A stretch of 63,885 nt of DNA, the filler included, from Reclinomonas americana ATCC 50394 (Eukaryota): assembly GCA_048213135.1 (NCBI GenBank). It is 5 parts of 3 records of this genome, joined end to end, with 100 filler letters (N's around TTAATTAATTAA, not from the genome) between each part and the next. Parts side by side here need not be neighbours in the genome. Positions count along the whole stretch, not along the records: positions 41,032 to 59,901 come from PS015026.1; 4 more parts are not named here. One strand, given 5' to 3'. This document shows positions 47,101 through 56,782 of this stretch, in pieces. The position numbers and the translations under genes are program-made. The stretch's first letter is position 1; every line of letters starts with the position of its first letter. The notes beneath the pieces are model-generated. The model saw nothing but the letters and a program-made list of their open reading frames with translations. It was not told the origin of the DNA and did not search any database.

Positions 47101-48921
47101 ATGCAGCCCGTCGGTGTACTTTCTTCTGTTCTCACCCCTTGTTTTTGTGCGGTGTAGGACCGACGACGTGGAGTTCAAGTTGCACGATCAGAAGAGCCGA
47201 CTGACGACAGAGCACGAAGTTGCGTCTCTGGTCCCCCACCGCAGCATGCAGTGCGCTCTTGCTGATGATGTGTGCGACGCAGGGTGCCATGAGGAAGCTC
47301 GAGCAGAGCAAGAACGACGAGATTGCACGACTGACTGCGGAACTCAACACCGCCAAGAGCCAATCGGAGGCCAGCAGCCGCTCGCTGCAGTCTCAAATGC
47401 AGGAGGAACTCAGTCGTATGCAAGCGGTGCGTGCTATAATGCTGCAATCCTGTGAATATCATCAATCTCACCGTGCGTGTGCCCTCGGCAGGAGTTGGAA
47501 AGAGTACGCGCCGCGGAGCAGGGCTCCAAAGACGCACTGCAGCGCAAGCTGGAGAGCGACTTGGCACAACTGCGCTCACAGTTGCACCCACCCCACTTGT
47601 CGTGCTTTGTCTCTCGATGATTCGAGTGCTCAATTGCTGCGCTGCGTGCAGACATGCGGCCGAGTTGCAACGTGTGCGTGAAGAGGGTGAGAAGCAGTTG
47701 CGCGACGCCGTGGCCAAGGCGCAACGCGAGGGCGACGATCGTGTGGAGGCCGCAAAGCGTGAGCTGCAGGCGCAGATGCAGGCTGCACTGGCGGTCAGTG
47801 TTCATCAGACTGAATAGTTCTCTGAGTTCTTCGCAAAATGCTCACCTCTGCTTTGGAACGTGTGCAGGATGCCAAGAACAAGGCCGACCAGGCCCTCAGC
47901 AAGGCGGCTTCTGACATGGCCGCGGCCAAGGACGCCGACAAGAACAGTGCGCTGGAAGCGTTGCGAGCGGAATTTGCTCGCGAGAAGCAGGCACTCACGG
48001 CTCAGCATGCCACCGTGCTGGCCGACTGGGAGCGGCGCAAGAGCGAGTGGGCAAGCGAGAAGACCGCCCTCGAAGGCGACAAGACGCGCCTGACGGTAAT
48101 GCCACTTGCGAACTCGATGTGTTGTTGTTTTGGATGACTTGACTGAGATCTGGCTGGCGCAGAACGACGTGCATCGCGTACAATCGCAACTGTCGCAGCT
48201 GGAGAACGACTTGCAGACGGCCAACAACGAAATCAGAAGACAACTGAACGAGATGATGGAGACGAAGCGGCAGCTGGTGGATGAGATGGCTCAGCGCGAA
48301 CGCGAGCTGAAGCACGAGCGAGATCGTGCACTGGCCGCTCTCGATGCCTCCCACCAGGGCGTGATCGCCCGCATGAATGAGGACTTTGGTCGGGCACGCG
48401 AGCTGTTTGAGCAAAAGGACGCACTGTGGGCGCAAAAGTTGCGGCGCACGCGCTTGTTTAGGGCGATGAGAATGATGATGATGATGCTCACTGTGTTATT
48501 TTGTCTTCTCTCCAGATATGCGGAACTGGAGGACCGCTGGATGCATCGCGAGAGCCGCCCCGAGGACCTGCAGCTCATTCACGATCTGCAAGAGGAGCTT
48601 GGCATGACGCAGGAGCGACTGGCCAAGGCCATCGAGGACATGAAGCTGTACAAGTTGGAGCTCATCAACCGCGAGGAGTCCTACAACAAGACCTTTGGCA
48701 GATCGCCCACTGTCGGCGTGATGAACCCGGTGGGCGGCAGTAACAAGTCCAACGGCAGCGCTTCTGGTGCCGGCAAGCCACTGCAGAAGCAAAAATCGGC
48801 CACGAACGGCATGCAGCTTGGAGGAATTCCCGGTGGCCTCCCGCCTGTGCCCTCGGCCGCTGGCAGCAGCGGCCGAGCGCCAAGTGTGACACGTACTGGC
48901 CCCGCAGGTCCCTCTAGGTGA
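44179..48921 (+). CDS. FAM184: FAM184A/B-like coiled-coil protein, 20 exons
   Basis: N-terminal MSKKIAQLTKVIYHLNTQND and C-terminal RESRPEDLQLI...KLELINREESYNKTFGRSPTVGVMNP are FAM184 hallmarks. All 19 introns were checked for frame. Divergent from the kinesin (264 bp). Confidence 0.88.
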
Positions 48922-49163
48922 GTGGGTGGGAGTCGGGCGAAAATTACTGCACTTGTGTGTCGATAGTCTCTGACCGAGAACAGTCGGTGGTAATTCTTTA
49001 TGTTCGTTGGTGTGACTGAGCAGGCCACCATCGGTCACCAAGGCATCTGGGTCAACGACTCCGACTCGCCTGCCCCCTAGTTGACAATGTTATGTGAAAA
49101 AGAAAGCGAAGAAGACGAGAAAAAGTAGTAGTGTGAAATTCGAATGAAAAATGTTGTGCGTGT

Positions 49164-50889
49164 TTACTCATCGAAGCGGGCGGGTGAGAATGGTCGCAAG
49201 TCGAACAACGAGCACTCGCCGTCCAGCAGCAACTCGGCGACGGCAGCGCCGGTGGCTGGGGCGTTGAGGATTCCTGGATTGGGGGAAAGAGTGAGATAGA
49301 GATGGTAGAGGAGGATAAGGAATGGCAAGTGAAAGACTGACCCCAGCATGAGTGGCCCGACACCATGTGGATGGTGTTGTGGGAGCCAGTCAGTGGCCCG
49401 ACAATGGGCACATCGTCGTCGGTGGTCGGCAGGAAGCAGGCCTGGATGGTGTCGACGACGGCACCGCCCTCCTCCGGATCGAGCGCGGTGGAGATGGAGG
49501 CCGCCACGTGCTTCAGTACCTGTGGCAACGAATTGATGGTGAGTGGCGAGTGAAGAAGAGACTCGGAAATAGCACGCACCTCGGCAGACGCGGCATCTGG
49601 CTCGACTTCGTCGGGCGATGAGGGCTGCACGCAGGAGAAGATGAGAAGCTCGTTGCATGACACAAGCGCACTCTCGCACTGCTGCCTCACCAGCACAGCA
49701 CTCCGGTTCGAGGCACCACAGATGTAGACCTTGCCAGAGGGGCGCGGATAGACCTCGGGGTCGGCGTGGCTGCCGTTGGCCAGGGTGAAGTTGAGGAAGA
49801 GGGCGGTGCCACTGATGGGGCGTGCGGGCTCCAGCACAATCGAGTGCGCCTTGAGACCACCGACGCGCGGCACCTGGATGCCGTACTGCTTGAGCTCCCA
49901 TTCATCGAGCACGCAGCCCGTCCACGGCCCCATGGCCAGCACTGCTCGTGCACGGTGAGCGCAAGAATTCAGTTGCTTCCTCCCATCGCCGACGCCTGCC
50001 ACTCACCCACAGTGTCGCACTCAATGGGCTCGTCGCGCCCATCGACCAGCACCCCTCGTGCACGCCCATCGGCCTCCTACTCGAACCAAACACGGTCACG
50101 GACAACTGCACAGACGACAGGCACACTCACGCAGACAGACGCGCGCTCACCACTCGCAAGCCCGTGGCCCGACCGATGACCAGCTCGCACCGCCCAGTGG
50201 CCACCGCAGCCTCCATTAACGCCTCGGTCAGCTTGCACGGATGCACCTGTGCCGTGGTGTCGGGCGTGCCCAGCTGCTCCACCTGCGTCGGCGGCACACG
50301 ACCATCCAGCCACTCGAGCGGACGCTCCTGTGCAGACAACTTGGCCGAGGGCGCCACCACGGGCTTGGCACCGGCCGCACGCTGCTTCGGTGCACGCTCC
50401 GATGCACTCACAGACAACTGTGTGCAGGGATGAGAAGAAGAAGGGCAGAAAACGGGCAGAGATCGAGGAGGAGAATCACCGTCTCCAGTCGGCGGTACTC
50501 GATGTTCTCCGCGCCAAAACGATCCGCCAGTGTGTTGTGCAACCTGCTGCAGTGGTGAGCACGCACAGAGGAACAATGGAGGCGCACAGTGGACGCACTC
50601 GAACGAGATTCGAGCCATGGCTGCAGACAGACAGAGAGAGAATATGCGCATAAATCGATGAGTGGAGGCGTGTGGAGAAAGACAAAGAGTGATGCACGCA
50701 ACGACCCACTGGACCGCCATCGCACCACGACTTGGCGAGGAATCCGCCTGCACGCGCAGAGGCAGCCGCCGCCACTCGTGAGCGTTCGAGGCAAATGACG
50801 CGCACAGTGGCGGCCTGTGGATGTGTGCACAGGTGGTAGCAGATGCTGCTGCCAATGACACCGGCGCCGATAACACAGATGGTGACCAT
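49164..50889 (-). CDS. FAD-dependent oxidoreductase, DAO family (yeast TDA3-like)
   Basis: MVTICVIGAGVIG (GxGxxG), ASARAGGFLAKSWCD, VLAMGPWT, DPEVYPRP, QACFLP, SGHSCWGILNAPATG. Confidence 0.88.
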
Positions 50890-51307
50890 GGCGTGAGAGG
50901 GAGAAGAGAGGGGGAAGGGAGAGAAAGAGAGGACAATCCAAATCCGGACACACACCGTAAGACAACCCGCCACTTGCAGAGCTTTGAAGCTGTGATGGGT
51001 GGGGGAGTGAACAAGAGTACTGTGTTGTACGCGCTGTGAACGCGGTTGAAGTTGGTCCACCAAGCCACTGATTGGCGTTCTTGCTGACGAAATCTGGGCG
51101 CAGTTTTTCCGATCGCGATTGTATCGCGAAGTTGTCTGCGAAACTTTCTCGGCGACGGCTTCTGAGCAGCACTGGCCACCATTCTCATAGTCACCACGAG
51201 CACCACCACCACCGGACTCAGTCACATGCACTGCCGGCCGATATCAACCATTTTCCGAAAACTGTGGTGTCCTCTCGTCACACACACGCGCACTCTGCCA
51301 TTAACGC

Positions 51308-52030
51308 ATGAGCGCCGCCGACGTGGTCTTTGAGTTCTCCACCTCCTCCTCCACCTCGCCACTTCGCCTTCGCGGTTTTGCGAATTCGGCGGATCAATGC
51401 GCCTCCCATCTCTCGTGCACGGGTCTCACGCAATGGAGTGGCGGTCTCCGATTGGCCGCGTTTCTCACACGCGAACCGCAACGCGTCTGTGACTTGCGAG
51501 TGTTGGAGTTGGGTGCGGGCCTTGGCCTCCTTTCGGCGGTGAGCGCACGACTGGGTGCGCGGCAGGTGACTGCCACGGACGGCGATGCAGATGCCATGGT
51601 TTTGTTGCGCGAGAATCTCTCGGCCAATCGGTGTGCGGACGTGGTGCACACGGAGACGCTGTGGTGGGGCGATGCGTCGAGTATGGACCGTGTGCATGCA
51701 CACTGCCAGCAACTCGATCGCGATCGCAACGCGGCAGCTGCAGCAGCGGAGTCGTCGTCATGCGACTTGGTCGTCGGTGCCGACTTGCTGTACGACGGAA
51801 ACGCCAGAGAGTGTTGTGGACCGCTGTTCCGCACAGCTCGAGCATTCGCCTCCTCGTTTCTGTTGGCGTTTCGGCGTCGCGGAGTGCCGCTCGATGAGGT
51901 GATGGAGTGTGCGGAAAAGGCGGGTTTCGGCACGAGTCGTGTGCTGGCCGTGTGGGACATGTTTGAGAATGAGTGTGGGTGTGAGCTGACGGACTTTTGG
52001 GAGGAGTGTATAGTGGAGTTTGTGGTGTGA
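51308..52030 (+). CDS. Class I SAM-dependent protein methyltransferase (METTL21/Methyltransf_16 family), intronless
   Basis: TGLTQWSGG..LA, RVLELGAGLGL, VTATDG, LWWG, DLVVGADLLY. Confidence 0.88.
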   Translation: MSAADVVFEFSTSSSTSPLRLRGFANSADQCASHLSCTGLTQWSGGLRLAAFLTREPQRVCDLRVLELGAGLGLLSAVSARLGARQVTATDGDADAMVLLRENLSANRCADVVHTETLWWGDASSMDRVHAHCQQLDRDRNAAAAAAESSSCDLVVGADLLYDGNARECCGPLFRTARAFASSFLLAFRRRGVPLDEVMECAEKAGFGTSRVLAVWDMFENECGCELTDFWEECIVEFVV

Positions 52031-52651
52031 TGGTAAACATGGGGAAGAAGAGGTGAAGACCAACAACAATTCATTCACTAACAAACTCAACACAAGGACC
52101 AGCAGGTTTCTTGTGTGTGTGTAAGTGTGTCGAGTCGAGAATTGAATTCTGCTTGTACGTAACAAAGGAGATATACGAAGCATGTCTGACACTCAGCGTT
52201 TCTGGGGTCGAGTACAGCACATGCAGCTAGGAATAGAAGGCCCAAGTGAGGTTGCAGGTCGATGTGGATCTAGATGCAGCGGCACGGAGAGAATTCCAGT
52301 CTGTCGATTTCGATTTCGCAGCAGGGTATCGACAGTCCGGCTTTTGCCTTTGCTGCAAGGAGCAATTCGTATTCCTGCTCTGAGATCGTCATGCAGCTGC
52401 GCAGTTTAGGACAAGCGCGCCTGCGGTCTTCGTTTTAGAATTCGAATTCCATCGGATTCGATATCGATGCAACAACTGATCAGACATCGATTTGCATTCT
52501 GGTGAACGTGCAACCAAGCAGCCACCAGCGATTACGATGCTGCGATAGCCGAGAGAATACAGCAAGGCAACCCGTACCCGAATTCTTCCGACAAATTCAC
52601 TCGTCTCATCTCCATTTCACACCGTGAGCCCAGACGAACGCGTTGACAAGA

Positions 52652-53269
52652 ATGACGCAACCTCCCTCCCCCGACACCTTCTCCGACGAGACCCTGTGTG
52701 GATGCTGCAACGACCCGCTGTCATGGTGATCTCTCTCCCTCTCTCTCTCTCTCTGTGCTCAACATGATCATGAATGTCTTACTGGCTCGCTTTGCGACAC
52801 AAACGCATACACACACACAGCTTCTACTCCTTCTTCTTCCCATGTGTGCAAACGGGCAACAACTGCCTCGACACCAAGCTGGCTCACGAAAACGCTCCCA
52901 TCAAGTGCGACTGCTGCCACTGGATCGGTGGATGCACCATCGGCGCCTTCCTGTTCCCCTGCTGGGCAGTGTGTGAGCGACGCCGTGTGCGCAGAGTTTC
53001 GCACTCTCTTCCCACCACCTCCTCCCTCCCTCTCTCTCTCTCTCTCACGCTCATCCTTGGCAACAACGCAGATCCCACTGCTGAATGGTGTCAAGCAGAA
53101 TGCGGGCTACTGCTGCACCGACTGCTTTGCCGGCTTCTTCTGCCCGTGCTGCAGCACGGCCGAGGTACACCGCGTGTTGCACAACAAGCTGAGACCGAAC
53201 CTGTTCGTGGCCGACTTTAAGGAGTCCAAGAGGCCATCGTATCCAGCCTCCAGCTCCACCGTGTTTTAG
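52652..53269 (+). CDS. PLAC8-family Cys-rich protein, 3 exons
   Basis: MTQPPSPDTFSDETLCGCCNDPLSCFYSFFFPCVQTGNN...CCTDCFAGFFCPCCSTAEVHR. Confidence 0.82.
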
Positions 53270-53437
53270 AAGCAGGAGCATTTTCAACATTCTTTCTTTT
53301 GCGTCTTTCGTGGCCATTCGCCAACGCACGGCAGTGAATGCAACTGCTGCTGCTGCTGCTGCTACTACTACTACTACTTAACTACTGCATGCTCGTCTAT
53401 TATATTACTACCAACTACACAGAGAACCTCTTCTTCG

Positions 53438-55749
53438 TCAATCAGCCGAGTCGCTGTCGGTCACCGCCCCGGCGCTGTTGTATCGCTCGAGCAGGCGACC
53501 GCGCGGACCGACTGTGCCAGAGAGCTGCGGGCTGGACTTGGAGCGCATGAACACGCTGCAGAGGCTCTGCTCGCCCGGCACGCCGACTTTGATGGGGAAG
53601 CCGTAGTGGCCGGTGCCCTTGTGCACGTAGAGTACGTTGGTGCCCTTGGCCCACACGTCGCAGTCGGGGATGCGCGCCAGGCTGACCACGGTGGCGCGCA
53701 GGCCCAGTGAGTAGAGGCCAATGTGCCCGCCGTGTGTGTGGCCCGACAGCACCAGCGCGTTGTAGGTGTCGGGAACAAAGTTAAAGTCTGGTGTGGCATA
53801 GAAAGGAGATGAGCATCACCAAGCATATACACAAACGCACGCACACGCCACACGAAACGTGCAGGGTTGTGCAGCAGCAGCAGTCTGAGGTCGGCGTCAG
53901 GGCGCGGCGGGAAACGCTCACACAACTGCGACAGGAGGCACGAGTGAGAGAGCGCTGCAAAAGAAATCGCTTCTGCCGTCGTCAGCCAAACCTCCTCCAC
54001 GCGGGCCTTCTGGTTGGCAAAGTAAAAATCAAAGCCGACCATCTGCACATTGACTCGGCGACCATGGTCGACCTCTGCGAGAACGGCCCCGGAGTGAGCA
54101 AATCCAGGTGTGGTTAGCACAGCACAACAACGAAGGACTTGCCGACGCTGATCACTTGCTCTTGGTTGACCAGCAGGGGAATGCCCAACTCTTGGAACAC
54201 TGTGGGCGTAAAGCAGAGGGGATGAGGAGAAGTCGTGACGCGTCACTCTGCGCCATGAATCGACTCACCGCTGGTCACCATGGGAAGGTTCTCGTGATCG
54301 TGGTTCTGTTGAGAACGGAGAGGTGAGCCGTGGCGACGTGCACGCAGACATCAAACGCCAACGCAACTCCCAGACACGCGAATACACGGCCACGACGCGC
54401 CCACTCCTCCAAGGCGCTGAATGCGCGCACCAGGATCGGCCGAGCCGAGTCTTGATTGGTCTCGACGGTGAGGTAATCGCCGGCTGCACAAGAGTTCGCT
54501 GTCAGCGTGTGCGGACGGAGACGGCGCGACATGAGACGAACGCACTGAGAATGATGAGGTGCGGGTTGCGTGCAATGGCGTCGCTGATGATCCAGCTCAG
54601 GCGCTCGGGCGACATGAACGGTCCAATGTGCGGATCGGTGATCTGGAAGAGACGCAGCTCGGCAATGTCGTCGTCCGAGTTCACCACCAGCTTACGGTGC
54701 TTGTCCACCTCCGAGATGAGATACTCTACAGCCACACTACCGCGGTCAGGTGCGCACTCGGCAGAGGATTCAAATGCCTCAACACACCTTTGTTACCGCG
54801 ACGGACGCTGACAAAGGCCGGAGCATGTCGATCCACATCGTGCAGGCGAAGGCCAAACTGCACCAAACAAGTGAGCGACGTGCGCCCAATCCTCCCAGTT
54901 CCCCTTCCACTCACCTCCGACTGGAGCGAGAAGCGGCTCTGGAAGAACGTCAGGCAGCACACGACAAAGAAGAACGCCCACACGCACAGCGGGTACCACG
55001 GCCGGCCCTGCAGGTGGTCACCGTCAAGCAACTGCATCGAGCTCACACACAGTCACACAAAGCACCAACCGGCGGGTCGAGGAACAGCAGGCGCGAGATG
55101 AGCACCACCGGAAAGGTCAGGCCGACCGACGCCTGTGCACGCTCCTGCCTAGTCAGCACTGCTCCATCACAAGGCAGAAGGAACAGAACGCAACGACAAA
55201 CACAAAGCCCGGGTACGTCACAAACACCTTCCACAGAGTCGGCTTCACTCCAGGTCGCACATACGACAGCAACTGCGCACGTGCACACAAGACAGTGAGC
55301 GCACGATCGCTGATAATCGCAGCGAGGCAGGTTACCTGCAAGAAGGCGAGTGTGACCATGCCAAACCACGCATAGTTCAAGTAGGCGAACCAGAACGGCT
55401 GCGTCTGGTCGGCGACAAAGAGATAGTCGCCAGAGACAAAGTCTGCAAGGAAACAGTGAGTGAGAGAGAGCGAGAGAGTGAGAAAGAGAGAGCGATTGGT
55501 GAGCGGACCTGCGGGTGGTTGTCGACCAAGCCACGGCTCAAAGCACGCATTGTACACAAACATAAAGACCAGCTGTGCACGCAGAGGTGCAGAGGTGAGC
55601 ACACACGAGAGAGACTGACAAAAAGAGAGGATTGATTGCGGAACTTGCGGAACAGCGACAAAGGCCTTTGTGCGCGGGCTCTTGCGCGGTGTAAAGCACA
55701 CGCTCAGCAGCGCCAACAGGACGCAATAACACGAAAAGATCGACAACAT
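53438..55749 (-). CDS. Multi-pass membrane protein with calcineurin-like metallophosphoesterase domain (YkuE/TMPPE-like)
   Basis: N-terminal hydrophobic helices, then the motifs QITDPHIG, GDYL, LG|NHD, LLLHNP and LSGHTHGGH. Confidence 0.88.
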
Positions 55750-55850
55750 CCTCCTCTCACACAACGTGGCAGTCAATGTGTGTTCGGTAATGTGATTGGC
55801 CAGACGTTCTTCTCCGCTCGCTCGCTCTCGAGCAACTCCGACGATCCTCA

Positions 55851-56652
55851 ATGACAAGTGCGCAGCAGGTCAACGACATTTACCGGCTTCCCGAGGGCCT
55901 TCCGGTGCCAGAGGACGACGGTGCATGCGATCACTTGCAAGCAGCGATTGTCACCAGCAGTGTTCTGCTTGGTGTGCACATGGACGACGATGCAGTGGTG
56001 CATGTCGATCTGGGGGCGCTGCGCGGACGCACAGTGGTCTATTGCTTCCCGCGCACGGGTGAGCCGGGCAAGGCGGCGTTGGTGGAGGAGTGGAATGAGA
56101 TCCCGGGGGCGCGAGGATGCACGCCGCAGAACTGCAAGTTCCGCGATGAGAGCGCGCGGTTTGCGAGGGTGGGTGTGGCGGTGTATGCGCTGAGTAGGTG
56201 CGGAGGGAGAGTATGTGCGGGGAGAGAGAGAGAGAGAGCAGTGTGCTGATGGATGGGCTGCAGCATGCCGCTGGATTACACAAAGGCCATGGTCGATCGC
56301 CTGCATCTGCCGTATCCGGCGCTGTGTGACACGGACTTTGCGTTTTGTTGCGTGTGTGGGGCGTGCGAGTGAGAGTGCCCCTTCTGTCTCCTCTCACTGT
56401 GTGCAGGCGATGCGTTGCGGCTGCCGACGTTTGACATTCATCCGGTGGGTGCCGATCGCCCGCTGCGGTTGTACAAGCGACTGGCGATGGTGCTGCGCGA
56501 CGGCGTGGTGGAGAAGGTGTTTTATCCGGTGAGTACGCACTGCATGTGTGCGTCTCTGTGAAGGTCCTTCACTCATGAGAGAGCAGGTGTTCCCGCCCGA
56601 CAAGTGTGCCGACACGGTGCTGGAGTGGCTCGAGGCGAACCCTGTCATGTAA
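55851..56652 (+). CDS. Peroxiredoxin (BCP/PrxQ-related, bacterial-type), 4 exons
   Basis: LPEGLPVPEDDGACDHL, TVVYCFPRTG, WNEIPGARGCTPQNCKFRD, RLHLPYPAL, LRLPTF, KRLAMVLRDGVVEKVFYPVFPPD. Confidence 0.88.
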
Positions 56653-56782
56653 CACGCGCTCGTACACTTTTTTGTTTACGTTTTCTTCCCCCACTTCCCC
56701 TCCACGACAGAGAGGCCACAACCAAACAATCATTCCCACCGCAAGCACGCACGTCCGTTTCGTCTAATTCACCACCGCGTGA

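Noticed and set aside
52165-52409. AAGGAGATATAC (T7/pET-like ribosome-binding site) upstream of a 75-aa ORF
   Set aside because: There is no other vector sequence and the ORF resembles nothing I recognise; most likely chance.
54310-54375. Alternative reading of the GTTGCG class as non-canonical TT-starting introns (G|TTGCG...AGN)
   Set aside because: That would turn the invariant metallophosphoesterase GNHD into GDHD; the GT-AG placement keeps the motif.
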